DNA of 64,000 bases from Candidatus Moraniibacteriota bacterium. Its GTDB lineage: Bacteria; Patescibacteriota; Minisyncoccia; Moranbacterales; UBA2206. Where the stretch lies: positions 85,437 to 149,436 of the forward strand of contig CAVZKT010000001.1 of the NCBI GenBank assembly GCA_963775955.1. The letters run 5' to 3'. This document shows, piece by piece, positions 10,438 to 21,331 of the stretch (the stretch's first letter is position 1; each line of letters begins with the position of its first letter). The notes beneath the pieces were generated by a model. That model saw only the letters and a list, made by a program, of their open reading frames with translations. It was not told the origin of the DNA and ran no database searches. The position numbers were made by a program, and so were the translations under genes.

Positions 10438-11264
10438 TGTTAATCGATACCCACGCTCATGTCAACTTCGCCGCCTATAAAGACGATGCGGATGAAGTGC
10501 TGAAACGAACGCTTGAAGCGGGCGTTTTTGTCGTGAATGTCGGGTCGCAGTATTCAACCAGCGCGAGAGCCGTAAAGATGGCGGAAAAATATCCGGAGGG
10601 AATATATGCGGCAGTCGGATTGCATCCAATACATCTCGTCAAAAGAAAAATAAATCCCGATGATTCAGAACTTAATGAAAATGATTTTGAAACTACCGGT
10701 GAGATTTTCAATAATCAAAAATATTTGGAACTGGCCAGAAATCCGAAAGTTGTGGCCATCGGCGAAATGGGGCTGGATTATCATCACTTTGAAGAAGGGG
10801 ATAATATAGAAGAATTAAAAAAGAAACAGAAAGAAACTTTTCTTGCGGGTATAAAATTAGCTAATGAAATTAAAAAACCGATAATTATCCATTGCTGGGA
10901 TGCCTATGACGATTTGCTTGAAATTCTTAAAAATAATCCGGTGGAAAAAGAAGGAGTCATTCACAGCTTTATCGGCGGTTACAAAACAGCGCGCAAATTT
11001 ACGGAACTCGGCTACAAAATCGGACTTAATGGCGTTGTGACTTACGCTGAAGATTTTAATCGTTTAATCAAAGAATTGGATATAAGAGATATTGTGCTGG
11101 AAACAGACTGTCCATATCTCACGCCGGTTCCGCATAAAGGCGAAAGAAATGAGCCGCTTTATGTAAAACTAGTAGCTGAAAAAGTGGCTAAAGTAAGAGA
11201 AATTTCAGTTGAAGAGGTGGCGAGTGTTACTACTCAAAATGCGAAAACAATATTTAACTTATAA
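10437..11264 (+). CDS. tatD: TatD family metal-dependent hydrolase
   Basis: MLIDTHAHVNF start, GEMGLDYH, IIHCWDA. The start overlaps the metG stop by 1 nt (TAATG). Confidence 0.88.
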   Translation: MLIDTHAHVNFAAYKDDADEVLKRTLEAGVFVVNVGSQYSTSARAVKMAEKYPEGIYAAVGLHPIHLVKRKINPDDSELNENDFETTGEIFNNQKYLELARNPKVVAIGEMGLDYHHFEEGDNIEELKKKQKETFLAGIKLANEIKKPIIIHCWDAYDDLLEILKNNPVEKEGVIHSFIGGYKTARKFTELGYKIGLNGVVTYAEDFNRLIKELDIRDIVLETDCPYLTPVPHKGERNEPLYVKLVAEKVAKVREISVEEVASVTTQNAKTIFNL

Positions 11265-11277
11265 AAAATTTGATATA

Positions 11278-11394
11278 TTGACCCCGTTAGAAATTCATCT
11301 ATAGCCAGTGCTTTCAGTAAGAACTCGAGTGAAGCGGCTTTGCCTTAGTGTTTAAATATTAGTAGCTATTTGCAAAATTTCTAACGGGGTTGAC
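11278..11394. mobile_element. MITE-like element, termini CCCCGTTAGAAATT / AATTTCTAACGGGG, flanked by direct TTGAC
   Basis: 14-nt terminal inverted repeats. TTGAC at 11278-11282 and 11390-11394. The internal GTGAAGCGGCTTTGCC module is shared with the copy at 61149-61266. Confidence 0.7.
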
Positions 11395-11452
11395 TTTTTT
11401 GCATTTTTAAGAGAAAATAGACAGTGATGTTATAAACATCAATCCTTTATTT

Positions 11453-11677
11453 ATGGCCAATAAAAACCAAAACGAACGACCCTGGAGCGCTCTCGGATTT
11501 GCCTGGCAATTGGGCTATTCCATAACTGTTCCGATAGTAATATTTGCCCTGGCCGGAAGATTTTTAGACAAAAAAATGGGCACTTCGCCCTGGCTTTTAC
11601 TAGGAGGAATATTGATATCAATAATCGTTTCATCATATATGGTCTATAAAAAAACGACAGAAGTGATGAAAGAATAA
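11453..11677 (+). CDS. atpZ: ATP synthase protein I/AtpZ-like small membrane protein
   Basis: 74 aa, two TM helices, first gene of the atp cluster. Confidence 0.7.
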   Translation: MANKNQNERPWSALGFAWQLGYSITVPIVIFALAGRFLDKKMGTSPWLLLGGILISIIVSSYMVYKKTTEVMKE

Positions 11678-11683
11678 TAAAAA

Positions 11684-12436
11684 ATGGAAATTTCACTTGC
11701 CGCGGAACCGATATTTCATATAGGAACTTTTCCGGTCACTAACACTCTTTTGATGACTTTGATTCTGAGCGTTTTGATCATTATCATATCTTTTTTCCTT
11801 AAGAATAAAATCAAGCTTATTCCCAGGGGCTTTCAGAACATTATTGAATCAATTCTGGAAGCTCTTTTAAATTTGGTTGACAGCGTGACGCAGGACAGGA
11901 AGCAGTCGCAAAAGTTTTTTCCGCTAGTCGCGACCATTTTTATTTTTGTCATCCTTTCCAATTGGATTGAAATTATGCCGGGGTTGGGGACAATCGGAAT
12001 AAACGAAATGCATGCGGGAAAAATGACACTGGTGCCGTTTATCCGGAGCGCTTCAGCGGACTTGAATGTCACTCTGGCGATTGCCCTTATTTCCGTTTTT
12101 GCCATCCAGTTTATGGGAATCGCGGCGATTGGCTTGGCGAAATATGCCGGAAAATTTTTCGTAAATCCCTTCCACAAACCGTACTTCATCGGGACCTTTG
12201 TTGGAGCGCTTGAAATAATCAGTGAAATTGCTAAAATAATATCATTCTCCTTCCGTTTATTCGGAAATATTTTCGCGGGAGAGGTGCTGCTGATAGTAAT
12301 GCTTAATCTCGTTCCATATGTCGTGCCTCTGCCGTTTTTATTTTTGGAATTGTTCGTCGGATTTATCCAGGCGCTGGTATTCTCCATGTTAACACTGGTG
12401 TTTCTTAAAATGGCGGTGACGGAAACAGCGCACTAG
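11684..12436 (+). CDS. atpB: F0F1 ATP synthase subunit a
   Basis: 250 aa, FSFRLFGNIFAGE motif. Confidence 0.93.
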   Translation: MEISLAAEPIFHIGTFPVTNTLLMTLILSVLIIIISFFLKNKIKLIPRGFQNIIESILEALLNLVDSVTQDRKQSQKFFPLVATIFIFVILSNWIEIMPGLGTIGINEMHAGKMTLVPFIRSASADLNVTLAIALISVFAIQFMGIAAIGLAKYAGKFFVNPFHKPYFIGTFVGALEIISEIAKIISFSFRLFGNIFAGEVLLIVMLNLVPYVVPLPFLFLELFVGFIQALVFSMLTLVFLKMAVTETAH

Positions 12437-12519
12437 AAAAATTAATTAATTTTATTTAAAATATTTTTCTCCCGATGACCATGAAGCAAATACGTGGGTC
12501 AGGCGAAAAACAAAACATT

Positions 12520-12747
12520 ATGGATGCGGAAGCAGCAAAATCAATCGGAGCGGCCATTGCCATAGCGGTCGGAGCCATAGGCCCGGGCCTGGGCATTGGA
12601 ATCCTGGCCTCAAAAGCCATGGAATCAATCGGGCGCAACCCGGAGGCGACTTCAAAAGTGCAAACCGCGATGATTCTGGCGATTGCTTTCACTGAAGCTA
12701 TCGCGATTTACGCGCTGGTGGTGGCACTGATAATAAAATTTGTTTAA
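12520..12747 (+). CDS. atpE: F0F1 ATP synthase subunit c
   Basis: GAIGPGLGIG loop and the AFTEAIAIYALVVALII helix. ATG 12520 preferred over the upstream 12475 start. Confidence 0.9.
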   Translation: MDAEAAKSIGAAIAIAVGAIGPGLGIGILASKAMESIGRNPEATSKVQTAMILAIAFTEAIAIYALVVALIIKFV

Positions 12748-12804
12748 TACTTTCTCTAAAGTTTAATCTAAAACATTAAGCTTTAGGATAAACTATTAAA
12801 ATTC

Positions 12805-12937
12805 ACCCTGTTAAATAAATTTTGCTAAAGCAAAATTAGATTTGAGAAAAACCGGGTGGATGGGTAAATCAAAAGTAATCATTAGAAAAATAAGGCGATT
12901 CTATAAAAGAATAGACTCAAATCTTATTTAACAGGGT
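12805..12937. mobile_element. MITE-like element (ACCCTGTTAAATAA ... TTATTTAACAGGGT) between atpE and atpF
   Basis: 14-nt perfect terminal inverted repeats. Related to the CCCCGTTAGAA family. The right end is 2 nt from the atpF ATG. Confidence 0.65.
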
Positions 12938-12939
12938 AA

Positions 12940-13425
12940 ATGGAACTACTAAATAATTTGGGAATAAACGGAAAGCTGTTGCTGGCGCAAATGGTCAATT
13001 TTTTGATCCTGCTTTTTGTGTTGCACCGCTTTGCCTACAAGCCCATTCTCAAAATGCTGAACGACCGGACGAATAAAATTGAGAAGGGACTGAAAAATGC
13101 GGAAGAATCGCACAAAAAATTGGCGGAAATTGCCAAAAAAGAAAAAGAAATTATTACAAAAGCCCGCAAAGATGCTCAGGAGATTTTGAAAAAAACCGAA
13201 GATATGGCGAAAAAATCAAAAGATGAAATGGCGCAGGATGCCAAAGCGCAGGCGGAAAAAATAATTTCTGACGCCAAAGCCAGCATTGAATCGGAAAAAA
13301 CCAAGATGTTGCGCGAAGTCAAAGCCGAAGTGGCGGATTTGGTAATTATGGCGACGGAGAAAGTTATTGGAGAAAAAATTGACGATAAAAAAGATAGAGA
13401 ACTAATTGAGAAGAGCATTAAATAA
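12940..13425 (+). CDS. atpF: F0F1 ATP synthase subunit b
   Basis: N-terminal TM helix then a long K/E-rich helix; operon position. Confidence 0.88.
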   Translation: MELLNNLGINGKLLLAQMVNFLILLFVLHRFAYKPILKMLNDRTNKIEKGLKNAEESHKKLAEIAKKEKEIITKARKDAQEILKKTEDMAKKSKDEMAQDAKAQAEKIISDAKASIESEKTKMLREVKAEVADLVIMATEKVIGEKIDDKKDRELIEKSIK

Positions 13426-13827
13426 ATGAAAGTTACAGCCACACAATATGCAAATACTCTGTATGAACTAACTGACGGAAAATCAAAGCAGAAGATTGAT
13501 GATGTTGTTGTTGGATTTTTGAGAGTTTTGCAAAAAAACAATCAGCTGAAAATGGCGGGTAAAATTATTGAAAAATTCAACGGGATTTATAATCAGAAAA
13601 AAGGAATCATAGAAGCGGAAGTTACAAGCCGGGAAGAGCTATGCGGCGAAGTACGTACTAAAGTACTTACTTATGTAAGTAATAAATATAAGGCGAAAGA
13701 AGTTGTGTTGAATAATAAGATTGATGTAAATATAAAAGGCGGAATAATTATCAAAGTCGGAGATGAAATAATAGATGCAAGTATTAAAACACATTTAATA
13801 AATTTGAATAAATTATTAAGAGCTTAA
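13426..13827 (+). CDS. atpH: F0F1 ATP synthase subunit delta (short OSCP)
   Basis: Position between b and alpha. C-terminal [16 protein letters not shown] motif. Confidence 0.85.
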   Translation: MKVTATQYANTLYELTDGKSKQKIDDVVVGFLRVLQKNNQLKMAGKIIEKFNGIYNQKKGIIEAEVTSREELCGEVRTKVLTYVSNKYKAKEVVLNNKIDVNIKGGIIIKVGDEIIDASIKTHLINLNKLLRA

Positions 13828-13835
13828 TAAAGATT

Positions 13836-15347
13836 ATGAACTCTAAAGATTACGTAGTAAACCAGCTTAAAAAACAAATTGAAGGCTTTGAGGCCGAGGC
13901 GAAAACCGAAAAAGTCGGGACTGTTTTGGAAGTGGGGGATGGCGTGGCGAGGGTTTCGGGACTGTCGGATATTATGGCTTCAGAGATGGTGGAATTCAGC
14001 GATGGTACGATGGGAGTAGTGCTTAATCTTGAAGAAGACCGCATCGGCGTCGTGGTTTTAGGCGAAGATAAAAATATTAAAGAAGGCGACATGGTAAAAT
14101 CCACTGGAAGAATTTTGTCGGTGCCGGTGGGAGAAAACATGATCGGGAGGGTTATCAATCCATTAGGGCAGGCCATTGATGGCAAGGAAGAAATAAAAAC
14201 TGATAAATTTTATCCGATTGAAAAAATTGCTCCCGGTGTTATTACCAGGCAATCAGTCAGCCAGCCGGTGCAGACTGGAATAAAAGCCATTGATGCCATG
14301 ATTCCCATCGGGCGGGGCCAGAGGGAACTTATTATCGGTGACCGGCAAACCGGAAAAACAGCAGTAGCGATTGATACGATTATCAATCAAAAAGGCCAAA
14401 GCATTATTTGCATTTATGTCGCTATCGGGCAGAAGGAATCAAAAATTGCCCGCATTGTGGCAGAATTGCAAAAAAGAGGGGCAATGGATTACACGATCGT
14501 CGTTGTGGCGGGAGCAAGCGATCCGGCGGCATTTTCATATATTGCCCCGTATTCAGGCTGCGCCATCGGCGAATATTTTATGGATCAGGGCAAAGATGTT
14601 CTGGTAATTTACGATGATCTCTCTAAACACGCCTGGGCGTACCGGCAAATTTCTTTGATTTTAAAACGGCCGCCAGGGCGCGAAGCTTATCCCGGAGATA
14701 TTTTTTATTTGCACTCACGGCTTCTGGAGCGCAGCGCCAAACTCAATAAAGATTTTGGAGGCGGATCGCTCACCGCGTTGCCAATTATTGAAACGCAAGC
14801 CGGTGATGTTTCGGCGTATATCCCGACCAATGTTATTTCCATTACTGACGGGCAAATATATCTGGAAGCCGATTTATTTTACAAAGGCATCAGGCCGGCG
14901 CTTAATGTGGGTCTTTCGGTTTCCCGCGTCGGATCGGCGGCGCAAATCAAAGCCATGAAAAAAGTGGCGGGGAAATTGCGCTTGGATCTGGCGCAATTCC
15001 GGGAACTGGAAGCTTTCGCCCAGTTCGGCTCGGATTTGGATGAGAAAACCCGGGCGCAGATTGAACGCGGACGCAGGACGGTGGAAATTTTGAAACAGGA
15101 CCAATATTCTCCGATGCCGGTGGAAAACCAAGTGGCAATTCTTTATGCTCTCACTAATGGATTTTTGGATGATGTGGCGGTGGAAAAAATAAAAAATTGG
15201 GAAAATGATTTTCAAAAATTTATGAAAGCGGAAAAGAAAGAAGTATTGAAATTGATTGCTGATAAAAAAGAGTTAACGGATGATATGGCAATGAAATTAG
15301 AGAAGGCGATCAAGGAATTTAAAGAAATCTATCAGAATGGGAATTAA
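13836..15347 (+). CDS. atpA: F0F1 ATP synthase subunit alpha
   Basis: 503 aa, GDRQTGKT P-loop, intact. Confidence 0.97.
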   Translation: MNSKDYVVNQLKKQIEGFEAEAKTEKVGTVLEVGDGVARVSGLSDIMASEMVEFSDGTMGVVLNLEEDRIGVVVLGEDKNIKEGDMVKSTGRILSVPVGENMIGRVINPLGQAIDGKEEIKTDKFYPIEKIAPGVITRQSVSQPVQTGIKAIDAMIPIGRGQRELIIGDRQTGKTAVAIDTIINQKGQSIICIYVAIGQKESKIARIVAELQKRGAMDYTIVVVAGASDPAAFSYIAPYSGCAIGEYFMDQGKDVLVIYDDLSKHAWAYRQISLILKRPPGREAYPGDIFYLHSRLLERSAKLNKDFGGGSLTALPIIETQAGDVSAYIPTNVISITDGQIYLEADLFYKGIRPALNVGLSVSRVGSAAQIKAMKKVAGKLRLDLAQFRELEAFAQFGSDLDEKTRAQIERGRRTVEILKQDQYSPMPVENQVAILYALTNGFLDDVAVEKIKNWENDFQKFMKAEKKEVLKLIADKKELTDDMAMKLEKAIKEFKEIYQNGN

Positions 15348-15353
15348 AAATTT

Positions 15354-16312
15354 ATGGCCAGCTCAAAAGACATCAGACGTCGCATAAAGTCTATCAATAA
15401 CACCAAAAAAATAACCCGCGCGATGGAGATGGTTTCGGCTGCCAAAATGAGAAAAGCAGTAGCTTCGGTTTTCGCTATCCGCGCTTATGCGCATAGCGCC
15501 TGGAGCGTGCTCACGAACTTGGCGCGCGCGTTTGCGGAATATAATGTTGGGCTTTTGGAAAAGCGGCCGGTAAAAGCGGTGCTTATAGTAGTCGTTACTT
15601 CCAATAAAGGACTATGCGGATCATTCAATTCCAAATATCCAAAAAAATTATTGAGCAAATAAAAAATCCGGAGAGATTAAAGCTTAACAGGATAAATAAC
15701 AAAAATATTGAATCACCGGTATCTGATAAGGACTTGGTTATCGATTTTATTACTGTCGGCAAAAAAGGCGAAGCGGTGGTGAGGAAAATGGAAAAAAAGA
15801 TTGTTGCCAGTTTTCCGGAACTTACTTATCTTCCCGGGGTTGAAAGCGTGGGAGTTTTGGCGAAAATTGTGATGAATGAATATCTGGCGAAAAAATATGA
15901 CAAAGTGGTGATAATTTATACCGACTATATTTCCACTATTACCCAGCAGACGAAAGTGAGGCAACTTTTGCCAGTTTCCAAAATTGATCTGGAAAAACAA
16001 ATCGCCGAAATGGACAATATGGCCAAGGAATACGGACTCGCGCAGCCGAAAGTGGAATATAAAATTGAACCGAGTCCGGAAATTGTGCTTACCCATATTT
16101 TGCCGAGGCTTCTGGAGATGCAGATTTATCACGCGATTCTGGAATCAAACGCGTCCAAGGAATCGGCGCGCATGATGGCAATGCGCAATGCCACCGACGC
16201 GGCCGGGGAAATGTCAGACGAATTAACATTTGTTTACAACCAATTGCGGCAAATGAAGATCACGCAGGAAATCGCGGAGATTTCAGCAGGCAGAGCAGCG
16301 TTGGAAAATTAA
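15354..16312 (+). CDS. atpG: F0F1 ATP synthase subunit gamma, frame change within 15614-15662
   Basis: KKITRAMEMVSAAKMRKA at the N-terminus and ITQEIAEISAGRAAL at the C-terminus, in two overlapping ORFs. Confidence 0.9.
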
Positions 16313-16342
16313 AATTTAAAAAATTTAAAGCTTAATAAATAT

Positions 16343-17756
<1,414 letters not shown>

Positions 17757-17757
17757 A

Positions 17758-18200
17758 ATGAAAATTAACTTTAAAATTGTTACTCCCGAGAAAACAGTTT
17801 TTGAATCTGAAATTGATCAGGCGACTTTACCCGTGGCCGACGGGGAAGTGACAATTTTGCCCAATCACCGGTCATATATAGCGGCGCTGAAAGCCGGGGA
17901 AATAATGCTGAAAATCGGCAAAGAAGAAATTATCTGGCGATTTCCGGAGGCTTTATTGAATTTAATAAAAATAATCTGGTGGTTTTGGCGGATACGGCGG
18001 AAAGGGCGGAAGAAATTGATTTGAAACGCGCGGAAGAAGCCAAAGCGAGAGCCGAAAAGGTGATGAAAGAAAGGGTCAGAATGGACGATTCTGAATACGC
18101 ACGCGTGGCCGCGGCGATTGAAAAAGAAATGGCGCGGCTTCGGGTCGGTCGAAAACATAGAACAAGAGGGAGTATTAACCTTGGCAATTTTTCAGAATAA
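17758..18200 (+). CDS. atpC: F0F1 ATP synthase subunit epsilon, frame change near 17940-18000
   Basis: IVTPEKTVFESEIDQATLPVADGEVTILPNH plus the helical C-terminus AERAEEIDLKRAEEAKARAE in a second frame. Confidence 0.88.
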
Positions 18201-18209
18201 TTATTCTTC

Positions 18210-18238
18210 TTGACATTTCGCCGAGCCGGAAGTACGAT
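18210..18238 (+). promoter_or_regulatory. Sigma70-type promoter (TTGACA-17-TACGAT)
   Basis: Hexamers at 18210-18215 and 18233-18238, upstream of the ORF at 18281, which has an AAGGAGG RBS. Confidence 0.55.
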
Positions 18239-18280
18239 TTAGGCTGGTGTTAATTTTTAACCAAGGAGGAAAATAATAGC

Positions 18281-18715
18281 ATGCACTATTGCGAAGGAAC
18301 GCTTATTACTTGTGAGGATTTCCGCCTACATCAGCGGAAAGACGGACGCAACTGCGTCGCCAAATTTGTAAAAAACCTTGGCATTGATTGCGATCTGATT
18401 ACCCGGGGAGGAGGCGTGCAGGATATAGTGCGGCCGCCAAGAGAAGACTTTCGTATTTCAATTTTCAGGGACGAAAAAGTTTCCGACAAAATCCACAGTG
18501 CCGGAACGATTATTCTCTTAAACCATGAAGATTGCGGCGCGTACGCGGGCTTAAAGTTTTCTTCAAGGGAGGAGGAATTTGCCCAGCATTACAATGATCT
18601 TAGAGAAGCAAGAAAAATACTTCTTGAAAATTTTCCCGGGAAAGCAGTAATGCTTTATTTCGCGAAGCTTAAGCCCGGAACAAGCGACGCGTTTATTATT
18701 AAAGAAGTGCTATAA
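18281..18715 (+). CDS. Hypothetical protein with beta-carbonic-anhydrase-like CxDxR ... HxxCG motif pair
   Basis: 144 aa. TCEDFRLH and NHEDCGAY motifs, strong RBS. Family call is speculative. Confidence 0.4.
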   Translation: MHYCEGTLITCEDFRLHQRKDGRNCVAKFVKNLGIDCDLITRGGGVQDIVRPPREDFRISIFRDEKVSDKIHSAGTIILLNHEDCGAYAGLKFSSREEEFAQHYNDLREARKILLENFPGKAVMLYFAKLKPGTSDAFIIKEVL

Positions 18716-18877
18716 TCATTTTTTAAGGATTTTAGACAGCAGGACTGCGTTCCTGCCTTTTATTTTTTAATAATTTTAAAGTTTATATTCAAACGCTATC
18801 GCAGACAAATGTTGAAATGCGCGAAGGTTGAAAAAAAAGCGAAAATAGGCTAAAGTTATGGAGTAAACGACACTTTT

Positions 18878-21328
18878 ATGGAAAAATACGATCCAAAGAA
18901 AATAGAACCGAAATGGCAGGAATTTTGGCTTAAAGAAGGCATTTATAAGGATTATGGAAAATCCAAGAAGTTCTACGCTTTGGATATGTTTCCCTATATT
19001 TCCGGCTCCGGCATCCATGTGGGGCATCCGAAGGGGTATATTGCCACTGACGTAGTGTCCCGCTTTAAAATACTCCAAGGATACAGCGTGCTTCATCCGA
19101 TGGGCTGGGACGCTTTCGGGCTGCCAGCGGAAAATTATGCCATTAAAAATAAAATAAATCCCAATATCTTTGTTAAGGAAAATATCATCAGGTTTAAAAA
19201 ACAATTGGAAATGTTCGGCTTTACCTATGATTGGGACAGGGAACTTAGCACTACCGACCCGGATTATTATAAATGGACGCAATGGATATTCCTGAAATTA
19301 TTTGAAAAAAGATTGGCGTATGAATCCAATGAGCCGGTTAATTGGTGTTCCAGCTGTAAAACCGTATTGGCCAACGAAGATTTAGAAGGAGGAAAATGCG
19401 AACGTTGCGGAACCCAAGTAGTCCAAAAGAAGATGAGGCAGTGGGTCCTAAAAATGACCGATTACGCCGACCGTTTGCTTTATGATTTGGATACGGAGGA
19501 TCTGGATTGGGAGGAGCAAATCCTTGAACAGCAGAGAAATTGGATCGGCCGATCAGAAGGAGCCTTGATAGAATTTCCAATTCCCAATTTCCAATTTCCA
19601 AATAAATCCCAAAATCTAAATTCCAAAAATCAAAACTATCTAGAGGTGTTTACCACAAGATTGGACACTATTTACGGCTGCACCTATTGCGTGATCGCGC
19701 CAGAGCACGAAATAATTGAAAAATTGAAAGATAAAATTGAAAATTATGAGGAAGTAAAAAAATATATTATTGCCGCGCAGAATAAAACGGAATTGGAAAG
19801 AATGGAAATGAAAGAAAAAAGCGGAGTAGAACTTAAGGGCATAAAAGTTACCAATCCTTTTAATAATAAAGAAATACCGTTATTCGTGGCGGATTATGTT
19901 TTGGCGCATTACGGCACCGGCGCAGTGATGGCAGTCCCGGCGCACGATGAAAGGGATTTTGAATTCGCCAAGAAGAATAATCTTAAGGTCAAAGAAGCTA
20001 TTAAAAGCGAAGACAGTAAATCTTCCATAGAAAAAGAAGCCTTTATCAATGATGGAGTTTTAGTAAATTCTGAAAAATATTCAGGCTTAACCTCTAAAAA
20101 AGCCCGCGAAAAAATGACCAAGTGGCTGGAAAAAGAAAAGGTCGGCAAGAAAAAAGTAAATTACAAAATGCGCGACTGGGTATTTTCAAGGCAAAGATAT
20201 TGGGGGGAGCCGATTCCCATAATCCACTGCGAAAAATGCGGAACGGTGGCGGTTCCGGAAAAAGAGCTGCCTCTGAAATTGCCGGAGGTCAAAAATTATG
20301 AGCCGACTGGAACGGGCGAAAGTCCGCTAGCCAACATAAAAGATTGGGTTAATACGGTTTGTCCCAAATGCGGCGATCCGGCTAAGCGTGAAACCAACAC
20401 TATGCCGCAATGGGCTGGATCTTCCTGGTATTATCTGCGCTACATCGATCCAAAAAATGACAAAGCTCTGGTTGATAAAGAAAAAGAAAAAAAATGGATG
20501 CCGGTGGATCTGTATGTAGGCGGAGCGGAACATGCCACGCGCCACTTGCTGTATGCCAGATTCTGGCACAAATTTCTCTACGATATTAAAGTGGTTTCCA
20601 CCAAGGAACCTTTTAAAAGATTAATTCATGTCGGTTTGGTTGATGGAGAAGACGGAAAAAAAATGAGCAAGCGCTGGGGGAATGTGATAAATCCTGACGA
20701 TGTGATAAATGAATTCGGAGCCGATTCGCTGCGCCTTTATGAAATGTTTATGGGACCTTTCAGCCAGAACATTGCCTGGAGCACGGATGGCGTAAAAGGA
20801 GTGAGAAGATTTTTAGAAAAAGTTTGGAAATTACATGAAAAAATTAACAAAAATAAATTAGATAATAAAAAAACAGAAGCACTTATCCATAAGACCATTA
20901 AAAAAGTCACGGAAGATATTGAAAATTTCCGGTTCAATACGGCCATCAGCCAGATGATGATATTAGTTAATGAAATGGAAAAAGAAAAAGAGTTACAAGT
21001 TGCAAGTTATGAGTTGCTAATTATTATTTTAAGTTCTTTTGCTCCGCATATTGCCGAAGAGCTTTGGAATAAATTAGGCCGCAAGGAATCAATATTCCTG
21101 CAAAAATGGCCGGAGTATGATCCGGAGATCATTAAAGACGAAAAAATAACTCTAGTGATTCAGGTCAATGGCAAGGTGCGCGATTCAATTGAAGCGGATG
21201 CCGGAATTTCCGAAGCCGAAGCGAAGGAACTGGCCATGCAAAGCGAGAAAATAAAAACCCGGACAGCAGGCAAGGAAATTAAAAAAATCATTTTTGTCAA
21301 AGGCAAATTAATAAATATTGTGCTGTAA
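18878..21328 (+). CDS. leuS: Leucine--tRNA ligase
   Basis: 816 aa, intact. HVGHPKGY (HIGH), KMSKRWGN (KMSKS), CP1 editing domain TTRLDT. Confidence 0.97.
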   Translation: MEKYDPKKIEPKWQEFWLKEGIYKDYGKSKKFYALDMFPYISGSGIHVGHPKGYIATDVVSRFKILQGYSVLHPMGWDAFGLPAENYAIKNKINPNIFVKENIIRFKKQLEMFGFTYDWDRELSTTDPDYYKWTQWIFLKLFEKRLAYESNEPVNWCSSCKTVLANEDLEGGKCERCGTQVVQKKMRQWVLKMTDYADRLLYDLDTEDLDWEEQILEQQRNWIGRSEGALIEFPIPNFQFPNKSQNLNSKNQNYLEVFTTRLDTIYGCTYCVIAPEHEIIEKLKDKIENYEEVKKYIIAAQNKTELERMEMKEKSGVELKGIKVTNPFNNKEIPLFVADYVLAHYGTGAVMAVPAHDERDFEFAKKNNLKVKEAIKSEDSKSSIEKEAFINDGVLVNSEKYSGLTSKKAREKMTKWLEKEKVGKKKVNYKMRDWVFSRQRYWGEPIPIIHCEKCGTVAVPEKELPLKLPEVKNYEPTGTGESPLANIKDWVNTVCPKCGDPAKRETNTMPQWAGSSWYYLRYIDPKNDKALVDKEKEKKWMPVDLYVGGAEHATRHLLYARFWHKFLYDIKVVSTKEPFKRLIHVGLVDGEDGKKMSKRWGNVINPDDVINEFGADSLRLYEMFMGPFSQNIAWSTDGVKGVRRFLEKVWKLHEKINKNKLDNKKTEALIHKTIKKVTEDIENFRFNTAISQMMILVNEMEKEKELQVASYELLIIILSSFAPHIAEELWNKLGRKESIFLQKWPEYDPEIIKDEKITLVIQVNGKVRDSIEADAGISEAEAKELAMQSEKIKTRTAGKEIKKIIFVKGKLINIVL
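19572..19637. repeat. AATTTCC/CCAAA word array inside leuS
   Basis: GAATTTCCAATTCCCAATTTCCAATTTCCAAATAAATCCCAAAATC... translated as FPIPNFQFPNKSQNLNSKNQ, between WIGRSEGA and the editing domain. Confidence 0.88.
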
Positions 21329-21331
21329 TAA

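Noticed and set aside
12475-12519. Upstream starts that add odd N-terminal extensions: 12475 for atpE, 36677 for topA, 43911 for yqeY, 5186 for the M16 peptidase, 49006 for the 105-aa ORF, and 46553 for the Zn-ribbon ORF.
   Set aside because: The internal starts align with family N-termini and/or have better RBS placement. Several of the extensions are translated repeat arms.
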